Of a DNA stretch of 64,000 bases, positions 1-9,441 are shown in pieces; within the stretch, counting starts at the first letter, position 1; every line of letters starts with the position of its first letter. The DNA is from Candidatus Parcubacteria bacterium (lineage in GTDB: Bacteria; Patescibacteriota; Microgenomatia; UBA12405): NCBI GenBank assembly GCA_023396915.1, contig JAEWUV010000001.1, positions 21,206 through 85,205 of the forward strand, read 5' to 3'. The translations under genes were made by a program, and so were the position numbers. Under the pieces are notes generated by a model. It searched no databases. It worked only from the letters and a program-made list of their open reading frames with translations, and was not told where the DNA came from.

Positions 1-818
1 CTTCCTGCCATACTATAAAATGACACATCAGCTTCTCCGGCTACTGCTTTAGCCAACAAAGTTTTCCCCACTCCGCTTGGGCCGACTAACAACACTCCCT
101 TAGGCGCCCTGGCTCCCATTTTTTGATATTTTTCTGGGTGTTTCAAAAAATCAACCACTTCCATCAAATCATCCTTAGCCTCTTTTACCCCAGCCACATC
201 TTTAAAAGTCACATTTTGTTTACCTTTCACAAACAATTTTGCCGTTGATTTACCAAAACCAAACATTCCACCACCAGCTCCACCGGACTGCTTTCTAAAT
301 AACCACAAAATAAAAAGAATCGGAATTCCTATAGTCAGCAATATACTCAAAACATCCCCCATCATCTTCCAACCTTGTCGATTATTTACTTCCATATTTA
401 CTTTAGTCAAATCAATTCCTTCTCTTTGTAATATTTCTGTCAACGAAATCGTCGGTTCTTTGGAGGTTACCATTATTTTTTTATCATCCTTTAGTTGAGC
501 CACAATCTGATTATCCGAAACCATCAAACTCTCCACCTTGTCTTGTTTAATTGTATTTACCAACTCTGAAATAGAAACCTGATTTACTCCTGCCGATTCC
601 AACAAACCTCCCAAACTAGATAATAACCAAAAAATCAAAATCAAATAAATAAACCACTTAATTATTTGTTTTGGCCCAATTTCAATTTTTTTAATTTTTA
701 CCCCCGGTGGCAAATTTTTCAAAAAATCCTCTTCTAACTTCTTGTTTTTACCTATCTCTCCCTTATTTTTTATATCTTTACCCTCAGTTTTTTTCTTCAA
801 AACATCAAATATTTTCAT
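1..818 (-). CDS. ftsH: ATP-dependent zinc metalloprotease FtsH, N-terminal part (runs off the window at coordinate 1). TM segments plus the AAA Walker A motif.
   Basis: Reverse-strand translation from the ATG (complement of 816-818) gives [27 protein letters not shown]...[32 protein letters not shown], the classic FtsH N-terminus and AAA P-loop. Not in the ORF track because it is truncated by the window edge. Confidence 0.8.
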   Translation of the reverse strand, partial: MKIFDVLKKKTEGKDIKNKGEIGKNKKLEEDFLKNLPPGVKIKKIEIGPKQIIKWFIYLILIFWLLSSLGGLLESAGVNQVSISELVNTIKQDKVESLMVSDNQIVAQLKDDKKIMVTSKEPTISLTEILQREGIDLTKVNMEVNNRQGWKMMGDVLSILLTIGIPILFILWLFRKQSGGAGGGMFGFGKSTAKLFVKGKQNVTFKDVAGVKEAKDDLMEVVDFLKHPEKYQKMGARAPKGVLLVGPSGVGKTLLAKAVAGEADVSFYSMAG

Positions 819-861
819 CCTGTCATTATACCATCTCAACCAACGTCTATGAATTAATATT

Positions 862-945
862 TTGACGCAGACAATGTTTTTTGCAGGGCGCAGTCTCTGA
901 GTGGATATTACGATGGTTACAAGCCCGAAAAAAATATTGTCGAGT
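862..945. repeat. R2 repeat copy 1 (gcgcagtctctgagtggatattacgatggttacaagcccgaaaaaa core), about 44 nt upstream of the ftsH start.
   Basis: Near-identical to 7730-7830. The shared core is gggcgcagtctctgagtggatattacgatggttacaagcccgaaaaaa. Confidence 0.7.
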
Positions 946-1104
946 CAAAATAAATTTTCAAAATTCGTAACAAAAATTTAAATAAAATTATCTCCGCATT
1001 TTCTCCTTTTTTACTCCGCATCAATATTTTCAAACAAAACCTTCCTCCGGGTAAACCGGTATCCTCCCTTAAAAAAGGAGGAAGTATTCAAGCAAAAAAA
1101 AAGA

Positions 1105-1157
1105 CTGCTCCCTTTTTTAAGGGGAGCTGTCAAACGAAGTGAGACTGAGAGGTTTTT
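1105..1157. repeat. Composite GC-hairpin element, copy A: ctgctcccttttttaaggggagctgtc...gactgagaggttttt. On the minus strand it reads as a hairpin plus U-run, a possible terminator of the 95-aa gene.
   Basis: Same 5' half as the 7021-7077 copy. On the minus strand it reads gacagCTCCCCttaaaaaaGGGAGcagtcttttttttt. Further CCTCC...GGAGG and ccgggtaaaccgg hairpins lie at 1047-1082. Confidence 0.55.
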
Positions 1158-1164
1158 ACTTCAA

Positions 1165-1452
1165 TTAATACTTACTCAATTCTATCAACAAATCTTTATT
1201 ATCATTTCCTGCCGCTTCTACCCAAAAATGATGATTACAGTTCTCGCAATTATAAAAAATTCTAAATTTTCCATTTCGATATTCACTTCTGATCGGCCTC
1301 ATTAATCCTTTGCACATACTCGCCCTATCTCCTGGTATTTCTTCATCCACATGCTTTCCCCAAAGACACTTCGGACAATGATCAGTTGTCCCATTACCTA
1401 TCACTTTCTCCTCACACACTTCACAAACAAAATCTTCCACCACTTTTTTCAT
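1165..1452 (-). CDS. Small Cys-rich zinc-ribbon protein (RNHCP-like; CxxC x4).
   Basis: 95 aa with the pairs CEVC, CPKC, C...C and CENC. Resembles RNHCP-domain proteins. Confidence 0.45.
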   Translation of the reverse strand: MKKVVEDFVCEVCEEKVIGNGTTDHCPKCLWGKHVDEEIPGDRASMCKGLMRPIRSEYRNGKFRIFYNCENCNHHFWVEAAGNDNKDLLIELSKY

Positions 1453-1545
1453 ACCAAAATTATATCTTAAAATTTAAGTCTAAAACCACATTTTTATTTT
1501 TGACGAAGATATTTATTTTAAAAAATTCCATTTTTCACTTATAAA

Positions 1546-1626
1546 AATTCGAAGCTATAATTTTTCAACGAATTTCAACACGCCAGTATTGACTGAGGTG
1601 AAAAATTGATAGCAAGAATTTTAAGT
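1546..1626. repeat. R1 repeat copy 1 (~85 bp: aattcgaa..taatttttYRacgaatttcaacRcg.cagYattgactgagg..aaaaattc...agaattt).
   Basis: One of five copies of an ~85-bp family. It lies 94-174 nt upstream of the minus-strand 95-aa gene start. Confidence 0.75.
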
Positions 1627-1654
1627 AAAAAAAATAATAAATTTATTTTTAAAA

Positions 1655-4618
1655 TCATTTCCCCAACACCACTCCCATCTTCACATCCTCATCCAGTTTC
1701 AAATTAAACAACACCTTCCCCCCCACAATACTTGCTGTCGGTTCAACTTGTAATGGTTGCCAACTCTCGGGATATGATATCAGACTCACCAAACTCGTTT
1801 CTCCAGTCCCTGGCTGTTTTTGAATATACTTCATATAAGTAAACTCCTTCCCCGCACCAAAATCAAAATTACTATTGTATTTCACTTCTAAAATTCTTTT
1901 CTTCAAAACCGGTACTGTCATCAAAAACCCTACCTCTTTTTTCCCATCAACCTCCTTAATATTTATTTCGCTATTAACATAAACTTTTTTAACTGAAGTA
2001 TCATATCCATCAGCCACACTAATTTGACTTAATTCCACCTCTTTTGGCAAATAAATTCTCACATAATTCTTATAATCTCCTCCTGGCCAATTATCATTTT
2101 TAGCTGTATTTTCATAAGTCACCCGAATTGTTCTGTTTAAACTCGACTGAGTAATTTCGGTTACTTCTTCAATCCCCTTTTGAATAAAATAATTTGCCTT
2201 ATTTACACCTAAATTTGCTTCAACTAAATACCAAAAATCAGGGACACAATTTTCCCGAGCACATTTTCCATTATAAATTTTCCCATCCCATCCCAAATCA
2301 TTAATTTTCTTGGCCAAACCACTATTATTAACCGCTATCTGAATCTCATTTTTTTGAAGCAAGTCCAACATCGAATCAACCAATAACCCCATTTTTTCTA
2401 TATTTAAATTTTTAATTTCCTCAAACATCTGAGCCCCTAGCCCTCCCAAGAAACTCGCCTTTTGCACCGACCCTGGAAAAAATTTAGTCTCAGCATAAAA
2501 CTCTGCCTGTTCATAAAGATTGTCAGCCGATATTTTTTCATCAAAATCAGGTACGTGAACTTCCCCTATTACCCCCAACATCGACTTAGCCACCGCCAAA
2601 TCAATCCCTATAATTCCATCAACCTTCTGTCCTGTTTCTTTTTCCAAAAACCACTGAATGTCAGCCCCTGTCTTCACAAAATCCGCCTTCCAGTTAGCAT
2701 CTCTCATATACCAATTTGCCTCATTTAAATGACTTTTAATTTCCCAAGGAGGTTCTACATGACCCTCCAATTGACCATCTGCTTCATAAACATCTTTAAT
2801 TTTAAACTCTGTCAATTTTCCACCCTTAAAAGTTATCAACCCATAACTACCAATAAACCCTCCTGTCGGCCTCAACTCCGACTCGTTTTGAAATAAAATC
2901 ATATATTTTCTTTCCTTACCGTCTACCCCCAAAAATTCTGGCAATAAATTAACTGTCTCTTTCCCCAAAGTAATCTTCACCCTAGTCTCATCCAAAACTT
3001 TTTCACCTTTCTGCAAAGACGACCTCCAACCAGCCGGCAACCAACTATAATCCCCTGATAATCTCGCTTGTAATAAACCAATATTATTTTCTATGTCCCC
3101 AATTCCTGTTTTTAGTATATCCAATTCCGTTGTCCAGTCTATCTGATTTCCCTTAAAAATAGCATTATTAATTTCTTCTGCCGCTTTAACTGTTGTTGGT
3201 AAACTTTTTTCTAAAATCAAAAAATCCATCAAAACTTTTAACCCACTTTGATAATTTCTCCCTAAAACAAAACTATTTAAACCCAATTCGCTTATTCTAG
3301 TATCAATCTCCTCTAATCCTTTAAGTCTTTTATCTGCCAAAATCTCAACCTGATTATATTTTTTATCCTTTATCAATTCCGGTATTTCTTTAACACTCCT
3401 CATAGCTCTATTTGTCACCCAACCCCATCTCATTGGTTCAAACAACAAAACTATTAAAAAACACACTACTATCACCCACCAATATCTCCACCCTTTCCAC
3501 CTTTTTTGTTTCTTTACCTTTTTCTCATTCTTTGTCTCACCAAAGATTTCAGCGACAGCGGCCTCCTCACTTTCCTCTTCAATATAATCTTTTTCCTTTG
3601 TCTCCTTTGTCTCCTTTTTCCCTATCAACCTTGGTAAATCAAAATCGTCACTTTTTTCCTCATAAACTACCATTTTTGGTTCTACCTTCTCCTTTTCTTC
3701 GATTTTTTCCTTTGTCTCACCAAAACTTTCAACGAAAGTGGGTTTTTCCTCTACCATCTCATTTTCCTCAACTAAAATATCAAATAATTTTTCATGTGTA
3801 TCCTTTTTTATTTTTTCTTCCATTTTTTTATCCTGAGCTTGTCGAAGGACACTTGCTGTTTTTCGTCTATTCTCTTCATCCATTAAAGAAAAAAAATACT
3901 GCAAAGTTCCATCAATTCCTTTATTAAAATCCATTTCTGCTTTCCAACGTAATTGTCTTTCACTTTCATCAGCTAATTTTTCATTCCCTTGATTAATTTC
4001 TTGATTAACTTCCATCACTTTAAATCTCGTCATTTTTGCCTTATCCATCAAAACCTTAGCTAGTTGTTCAAAGGTTATCTCTTTGCCTAAAAGTAAAAAA
4101 TATTCATTAGCCGTCCCCGACAAAAAACAAGCTCTTAAAATAGCTTCCACTAAATCACTTACAGCCAATAATCTAATTGTTTTACCGGCTTCAGGTAGCT
4201 CTAAATTCTTATTTCGCACCGCCTCTTTTATAACCTTAGACAAAAAATTATTTTCACCCATTCTTTCTCCATAAACACCCAAAGCCTCTACAATTCGCCA
4301 ATCTCTATCCAAAGTAGTTGCTTCCCGACTCAAATAACTTTTTCTCGTTTCATTGTCCACTGAAACCAAAACCAGTTTCTCTCCTTTAATTTTCCCCCAA
4401 TCGTTTTTATCGCCATAGAAATCAAAAACATAATCAAATTCCCCCTCAACTTCATCCAAATTCATTGCCCATTCAAAATTTTTTAAATCAGACAATCCAT
4501 TTATCATCTCTCCCACCCCAACCACATGAATATCTTTTTCTACCAATTCTTCCGCCAATTTTTTTGCCACAAAATGATCAATTCCCAAAATTAATGCTGT
4601 TGGAACCCCATGACTCAT
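1655..4618 (-). CDS. Large membrane-anchored protein with an N-terminal Rossmann/epimerase-like domain, an E/K-rich low-complexity linker, one TM segment and a C-terminal DUF4012-like domain.
   Basis: N-terminus ALILGIDHFVAKKLAEELVEKDIHVVGVG is a Rossmann-like motif. TM segment at WVIVVCFLIVLLF. C-terminal region contains LRPTGGFIGSYGLITF, characteristic of DUF4012. Two FGETK(E/N)(K/E)K repeats sit in the linker. Confidence 0.55.
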   Translation of the reverse strand: MSHGVPTALILGIDHFVAKKLAEELVEKDIHVVGVGEMINGLSDLKNFEWAMNLDEVEGEFDYVFDFYGDKNDWGKIKGEKLVLVSVDNETRKSYLSREATTLDRDWRIVEALGVYGERMGENNFLSKVIKEAVRNKNLELPEAGKTIRLLAVSDLVEAILRACFLSGTANEYFLLLGKEITFEQLAKVLMDKAKMTRFKVMEVNQEINQGNEKLADESERQLRWKAEMDFNKGIDGTLQYFFSLMDEENRRKTASVLRQAQDKKMEEKIKKDTHEKLFDILVEENEMVEEKPTFVESFGETKEKIEEKEKVEPKMVVYEEKSDDFDLPRLIGKKETKETKEKDYIEEESEEAAVAEIFGETKNEKKVKKQKRWKGWRYWWVIVVCFLIVLLFEPMRWGWVTNRAMRSVKEIPELIKDKKYNQVEILADKRLKGLEEIDTRISELGLNSFVLGRNYQSGLKVLMDFLILEKSLPTTVKAAEEINNAIFKGNQIDWTTELDILKTGIGDIENNIGLLQARLSGDYSWLPAGWRSSLQKGEKVLDETRVKITLGKETVNLLPEFLGVDGKERKYMILFQNESELRPTGGFIGSYGLITFKGGKLTEFKIKDVYEADGQLEGHVEPPWEIKSHLNEANWYMRDANWKADFVKTGADIQWFLEKETGQKVDGIIGIDLAVAKSMLGVIGEVHVPDFDEKISADNLYEQAEFYAETKFFPGSVQKASFLGGLGAQMFEEIKNLNIEKMGLLVDSMLDLLQKNEIQIAVNNSGLAKKINDLGWDGKIYNGKCARENCVPDFWYLVEANLGVNKANYFIQKGIEEVTEITQSSLNRTIRVTYENTAKNDNWPGGDYKNYVRIYLPKEVELSQISVADGYDTSVKKVYVNSEINIKEVDGKKEVGFLMTVPVLKKRILEVKYNSNFDFGAGKEFTYMKYIQKQPGTGETSLVSLISYPESWQPLQVEPTASIVGGKVLFNLKLDEDVKMGVVLGK

Positions 4619-4942
4619 ATCAATATTTTAACCTGTTTTTACTCCTTACTACCAACCAATAACTAATAACTAAACAATACGGTAATATTTCGGTTTATTT
4701 GCGGTTATTAACTATTAAAAATGTATGAACAGCCATGAGAGGGAAGTATCAGAACGTGAAAAAACGTCATAACGTCAATATGTGTATCTGTATTTACAAA
4801 AAATTAAATTCCAAGCTAAAAATCTCAAAAACAAACAGTCTAATAATCAAAATTTACGTTCGAACCTGATTCCAAAGTTGTCAAAACAAAATCATATTTT
4901 GTACATATTCCAAAGCAAAAACAACATCAATAATTTTATATT

Positions 4943-5030
4943 TAAATTCGAAACTATAATTTTTTGACGAATTTCAACGCGACAGCATTGACTGAGGCAA
5001 AAAATTCGTAGTGAGAATTTAAAAAAACAA
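4943..5030. repeat. R1 repeat copy 2.
   Basis: aaattcgaaactataattttttgacgaatttcaacgcgacagcattgactgaggcaaaaaattcgtagtgagaattt. Followed by the shared tail aaaaaaacaaaattgttatcaggccaaaaaat. Confidence 0.75.
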
Positions 5031-5066
5031 AATTGTTATCAGGCCAAAAAATAAAATTATCCAAAC

Positions 5067-6284
5067 CTACTTTCTCTTTACCAACATCCCTGTCATCAAC
5101 ACTACCGCTATCAATTCTGTCAAAACCGTTATCCAAGCCGCTCCATTAATTCCAAAAGAGGGGATTAATAATAAGTTCCCCCCAATATTTACCACCAAAG
5201 AAACTAGACCTACCAACAAAACCTGTTTTTGTTTTCCTAAAGCAATCAAAGTAAAACCCACTAAATGCCCCAAATAAGCAAATATCATCGCTACCAACAA
5301 AATTCTCAAAACCAATACTGATTTTTCAAATCCATTTCCAGACAATACCCCAATAATCCACGGCGCCAAAAAATAAACCACCCCAGACACCACTATTGCT
5401 CCTAGAAACATCAAAACCCCGGTTTGCCAAAAAAGTCTCTTTCTGTCGTTTTGCTTATTCGACAGCATTGGAAATACACTGTTAATCAAATAATATGCTG
5501 GCTGAACCAAGTTCCCATAAATTTTGTACGCCAAACCATAAAAAGCCAAATCTCTTACCCCGATCAACTGTTTAATCAAAATCGAATCTACCGCCCTGTC
5601 GTAACCAGAAAACAAAATCATATACACCCCCATCGGCCACGACTGTTTCAAAAAATTTACCCAAAAAGTTTTATTAGGTCTAACTAGTTTTAACCTACCC
5701 AAAAGTTTACCTGTTAAACCCAAACCAACCCCCAAGCTAATAATCCGGGCTATCAAATAAACCCCAAAAACTCCAATTAAATTAACTTGGGCTTGCCAAC
5801 CGAATAACCAAACCACAAATATTAATGGGAATAAAATATCTATCCATACTTTTAACTCCATTCTCATTTCTGTTTGAAAAATTATTTCCAAACTTCCAGC
5901 CACAGCCGTAAACCCAACCATCAACAAACCCATTAACGCCTCTATTTCTATCCCATCAAAACCACTCCACAGTAAAATTACTCCCAATCCTACCAAAAAC
6001 ATTAGTAGGGAAGCAAACAACCTAAACCAAGCCACCTGAATATAAATTTCTTTTCTTTTTTCTTCGCTTTCTTTTGCTGCCTCCCTAACCCCCATCACTT
6101 TAGTTCCAAAATCAGCTGCCGAATCCAACAGTAGCCACATTGAACCAATCAACATATAATTTCCATAAACTTCCACCCCCAATTTTCTGGTCAAAATCGC
6201 TGTTGTTACCAAACTCAAACCCACAGTAATACATTTCCCCAACACTTGTACCAAGGTGTTCCAAATCGGTTTCTTCATCAACAT
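5067..6284 (-). CDS. Polysaccharide biosynthesis protein / oligosaccharide flippase (Wzx-like, MOP superfamily).
   Basis: Polytopic membrane protein. N-terminus LGKCITVGLSLVTTAILTRKLGVEVYGNYMLIGSMWLLLDSAADFG is typical of Wzx/PST-family flippases. Confidence 0.6.
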   Translation of the reverse strand: MLMKKPIWNTLVQVLGKCITVGLSLVTTAILTRKLGVEVYGNYMLIGSMWLLLDSAADFGTKVMGVREAAKESEEKRKEIYIQVAWFRLFASLLMFLVGLGVILLWSGFDGIEIEALMGLLMVGFTAVAGSLEIIFQTEMRMELKVWIDILFPLIFVVWLFGWQAQVNLIGVFGVYLIARIISLGVGLGLTGKLLGRLKLVRPNKTFWVNFLKQSWPMGVYMILFSGYDRAVDSILIKQLIGVRDLAFYGLAYKIYGNLVQPAYYLINSVFPMLSNKQNDRKRLFWQTGVLMFLGAIVVSGVVYFLAPWIIGVLSGNGFEKSVLVLRILLVAMIFAYLGHLVGFTLIALGKQKQVLLVGLVSLVVNIGGNLLLIPSFGINGAAWITVLTELIAVVLMTGMLVKRK

Positions 6285-6312
6285 AAATCTATTTTATCCT
6301 AAAATTTTTATT

Positions 6313-6400
6313 TAAATTCGAAATCGTAATTTTTTAACGAATTTCAACACGCCAGTATTGACTGAGGTAAAAAATTCATGATGAGAATTTAAAAAAATAT
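6313..6400. repeat. R1 repeat copy 3, 29-116 nt upstream of the flippase start.
   Basis: aaattcgaaatcgtaattttttaacgaatttcaacacgccagtattgactgaggtaaaaaattcatgatgagaattt, then tail aaaaaaatattaccaagccgaaaaat. Confidence 0.75.
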
Positions 6401-6418
6401 TACCAAGCCGAAAAATTT

Positions 6419-7690
6419 TTAAACCAGTGCTAATACCAAAGACAACAGCCACATGTTCTGGGGTAGGGTAAACCAATAATGATCTACCATCCCACTCATA
6501 AAAATTACCCCCAATACCACCCAACTCCATTTACCCAAGTCTCCCCATTTAATCTTTTTAGCCAATAACAAAATTGTTCCCATTAATCCCAAAATTCCTA
6601 CCTCTGACACCAAAAGCAAAAATATATTATGTACCGGTTGTAACCAAAAAGTATGGTTATTTTTTAAAACATTAGGCAAATTAGCCAAATAATTTCCCAG
6701 CCCTACTCCTACCCAAGGTGATTGTCGAATCATTTCTATTGCCGCTAAATTTAATTGACCTCTTTTGATCATTCCATTCTCATCCCACCCACCAAAAAAA
6801 TTACCCAAAGGATAATTAAAATCAACCAATTTTAATAAAAACAAAATTAAAATTAATCCCAATACTACAAATTTAATTTTATTTCTGATTTTCCAATCAT
6901 TTTGCCAAAACCAAAAACACATTACTCCCAAAGTTAAAAACCAAATTGTTCTACTTCCAGTCAAAAATATTCCCATCAATCCCAACCAAAATACCCCCCA
7001 CCATTTAATTTTTTCTAAGACTGCTCCCTTTTTTAAGGGGAGCTGTCCCGATTTATCGGGACTGAGAGGTTTGTTCCTTATCCACCACACCAACCCCACT
7101 AACAAAAAACCAGCCAAACTATTCGGGTGAGAAAAAGTTCCATAAGCCCTTACTAAACCTGTATTAACCACTGACATTTGAGCAATTCCTATTGTATTAA
7201 AATCAAATCTTCTTTCACCCAAAAACCACCACAAACCATTCAAACTTCCACCTTTAGATATTTGTCCCAATGCTAAAAGTGACTCAAGTATTATCCAATA
7301 GGGAATAACTTTAATCATAATATCTCCAACAATTCTCTTATTTTTTACTACCCAAAACCAAAAATAACCCAATTCCACCACTCTCAACCACTTATAAACC
7401 GCCACCCATTTATTAATCGACACTAAAATATTTATCCCCACAAAAACTAATCCCAATAAACACCAAAAACTAACCTCCCATTTCCTCTTCTTACTTTCTG
7501 CCAACAAATTAGTTATTAACCAAAGTACAAAGACTAAATCTACTAAATAAAAAGTCGGTGAAAAATAATCAATCCTTATTCCCAACACTGTCGACCAATC
7601 AAACCAAAAATGTTTTCCCAATTGTGTTGGAATTAACAAAATCAACCAAAACAACAAAATTTTTGTCACCTTACCCCAAAATCCTTTCAC
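6419..7690 (-). CDS. O-antigen ligase/polymerase-like (Wzy_C family) membrane protein carrying an in-frame hairpin-repeat insertion.
   Basis: C-terminal motif PVHNIFLLLVSEVGILGLMG (H-N...E.G..G) is typical of the O-antigen ligase family. Polytopic. Residues RNKPLSPDKSGQLPLKKGAV are encoded by repeat copy B at 7021-7077. Confidence 0.6.
   Translation of the reverse strand: MKGFWGKVTKILLFWLILLIPTQLGKHFWFDWSTVLGIRIDYFSPTFYLVDLVFVLWLITNLLAESKKRKWEVSFWCLLGLVFVGINILVSINKWVAVYKWLRVVELGYFWFWVVKNKRIVGDIMIKVIPYWIILESLLALGQISKGGSLNGLWWFLGERRFDFNTIGIAQMSVVNTGLVRAYGTFSHPNSLAGFLLVGLVWWIRNKPLSPDKSGQLPLKKGAVLEKIKWWGVFWLGLMGIFLTGSRTIWFLTLGVMCFWFWQNDWKIRNKIKFVVLGLILILFLLKLVDFNYPLGNFFGGWDENGMIKRGQLNLAAIEMIRQSPWVGVGLGNYLANLPNVLKNNHTFWLQPVHNIFLLLVSEVGILGLMGTILLLAKKIKWGDLGKWSWVVLGVIFMSGMVDHYWFTLPQNMWLLSLVLALV
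7021..7077. repeat. Composite GC-hairpin element, copy B (ctgctcccttttttaaggggagctGTCCCGATttaTCGGGACtgagaggtttgttcc), in frame inside the ligase-like CDS.
   Basis: First 27 nt are identical to copy A at 1105. The second hairpin CCCGAT-tta-ATCGGG is shared with the copies at 25641 and 19314. Confidence 0.7.
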
Positions 7691-7729
7691 AACCCAATCT
7701 TACCACAAAGCCAAAAGTTTAATTGTAAT

Positions 7730-7830
7730 TTTGGCGCAGATAATATTTTTGAAGGGCGCAGTCTCTGAGTGGATATTACGATGGTTACAAGCCCGAAAAA
7801 ATTGTTATCAAGCCAAAAAATTACAATAAA
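7730..7830. repeat. R2 repeat copy 2 plus the shared tail, about 40 nt upstream of the ligase-like gene start.
   Basis: ttttggcgcagataatatttttgaagggcgcagtctctgagtggatattacgatggttacaagcccgaaaaaattgttatcaagccaaaaaat. Confidence 0.7.
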
Positions 7831-7842
7831 AATATTATGTAC

Positions 7843-8313
7843 TTAAGCCTTTGGCTTAATCACCACATGCCTTTGTTCACCTTCGCCTTCCGACTCACTT
7901 ACCACCCCTTCCATTTCCGAAATCACCATATGACAAATCCGTCTTTCATAAGAACTCATATTAGCCAAAGCCACATCTTTATTGCTTACCAAACATTTCT
8001 CAGCCAGACCTCTCACCATATTTGTCAATCTTTCTTTTTGTTCATTTCGATAGTTATTAATATCAAGAAGAACTCTGACTTCTTCACCGACTTGATTCCG
8101 CACTATCAAAGCCAAAATTAACTGCACTGCCGCCAAGTTTCTTCCTCTAAAACCAATTAATCCTGCCGGATTAGCTACTGTAATTCCCACTAATACTTGA
8201 TTTTCTTCACCCTCAACGTCTTCCACAAAGGCTTTTTCCACTTCAAAATTGATCTGTGCCAAAAAATCACAAGTAAGTTGTAAGATTTTTTCATTTCTTT
8301 TTTTATTATCCAT
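7843..8313 (-). CDS. jag: Jag/KhpB-like RNA-binding protein (KH + R3H).
   Basis: R3H-like C-terminus (LTNMVRGLAEKCLVSNKDVALANMSSYERRICHMVI). Sits in the conserved yidC-jag position next to the origin. Confidence 0.7.
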   Translation of the reverse strand: MDNKKRNEKILQLTCDFLAQINFEVEKAFVEDVEGEENQVLVGITVANPAGLIGFRGRNLAAVQLILALIVRNQVGEEVRVLLDINNYRNEQKERLTNMVRGLAEKCLVSNKDVALANMSSYERRICHMVISEMEGVVSESEGEGEQRHVVIKPKA

Positions 8314-8354
8314 AGCCGCTATTTTAGCATAAAAATTTCCCGATAAAATAATAA

Positions 8355-8440
8355 ATTTAAATTTAGAAGTTATAATTTTTCAGCGAATTTCAACGCAAAG
8401 CATTGACTTAAGATGAAAAATTCGTAACAAGAAATTTAAA
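8355..8440. repeat. R1 repeat copy 4 (the most diverged), upstream of jag.
   Basis: aaatttagaagttataatttttcagcgaatttcaacgcaaagcattgacttaagatgaaaaattcgtaacaagaaattt. Confidence 0.65.
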
Positions 8441-8445
8441 TAGAA

Positions 8446-9228
8446 TTATTTTTTACTAAGTCTATTTACCAAAACCTGTTGGCCGACGGTTAATAGAGAC
8501 GTAGTAAACCAATACAACAACAAACCCAAAGCAAAATTCCAGCCAATAAAAATTGTCATCAATGGCATCATATAAAGTGATTGGGTTCTCATCGCCGCCA
8601 TCATATCATCACCTTTTTCCTTTGTAGTATCGGCAATATTTTCACTTACTTTAGGGCTAGGCATCATAATTTTTGCTGCTAAAAACTGTAAGGCTCCTGA
8701 ACCTAATAATAAAACTACTGCCATTATCAAATTCATTCCCATACCCTGAGCAAAAGCCTTTGATGGAGTCAAAGATAAATCACTCCCCAAAAAATTTAAA
8801 TTAAAATTAAAACCTTCCTCAATTCTAAAAGAGGGGATTAATTGGGCATTGATATCCGCCACACTACTTTTTTGTCCAGCTCTCGAAAAACCACTTACCA
8901 TATTAAAAGCCGAAAAGAAAAGCAATAGCACTACTATTTGTAAAATCTGTGGCAAACACCCCGACATTGGATTAACCCCTTCTTGTTTATATAAACTCAT
9001 CTGAGCCTGAGCCAAAGCTTGTTTATTAGTTCCATATTTCTCTTTTAATTTATTCAATTTAGGTTGTAATTCTCTTATTTTTCCGGCCGATTTTAAACTT
9101 GGCCAAATCAATGGAAAGAGTATTACTCTCAATAAAACTGTTACTGCTACAATCGACCAACCAAAATTCCCAAACCAATAATAAAAAGCAAACAATGCAT
9201 TAACAAATGGCGCTATTAATAAATTCAT
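8446..9228 (-). CDS. yidC: Membrane protein insertase YidC (short form).
   Basis: Motifs of the YidC/Oxa1 family (LLRVILFPL..., GCLPQILQIVVL) and the conserved origin-region gene order. Confidence 0.9.
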   Translation of the reverse strand: MNLLIAPFVNALFAFYYWFGNFGWSIVAVTVLLRVILFPLIWPSLKSAGKIRELQPKLNKLKEKYGTNKQALAQAQMSLYKQEGVNPMSGCLPQILQIVVLLLFFSAFNMVSGFSRAGQKSSVADINAQLIPSFRIEEGFNFNLNFLGSDLSLTPSKAFAQGMGMNLIMAVVLLLGSGALQFLAAKIMMPSPKVSENIADTTKEKGDDMMAAMRTQSLYMMPLMTIFIGWNFALGLLLYWFTTSLLTVGQQVLVNRLSKK

Positions 9229-9237
9229 AAGTAATAG

Positions 9238-9441
9238 TCATTTTAACAAATCAATTCCTTTTCCACCACCCGGCCTACACCTCAAAACCCGATTTAATCC
9301 CAACCATAAACCTTTTACAACTCCATATTTTTCTACCGCCTGATAGGTATATTCCGAACAAGAGGGGATAAATCTACATTGTTCACCCCTAGAAATATAT
9401 TTTTTATACCAAACCAACAACTTTAAAACTATTTTTTTCAT
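9238..9441 (-). CDS. yidD: Membrane protein insertion efficiency factor YidD.
   Basis: CRFIPSCSEY motif. 67 aa. Confidence 0.9.
   Translation of the reverse strand: MKKIVLKLLVWYKKYISRGEQCRFIPSCSEYTYQAVEKYGVVKGLWLGLNRVLRCRPGGGKGIDLLK

Noticed and set aside
3412-3927. 171-aa plus-strand ORF (also 2462-2728, 4083-4274, 4465-4662) overlapping the 987-aa minus-strand gene.
   Set aside because: Low-complexity P/L/F-rich translation. It is the antisense of an E/K-rich linker, and the minus-strand gene has clear domain content.
4840-4880. gttcgaacc motif resembling a tRNA T-loop.
   Set aside because: Surrounding sequence is AT-rich with no acceptor or anticodon stems. No tRNA-like cloverleaf could be drawn.
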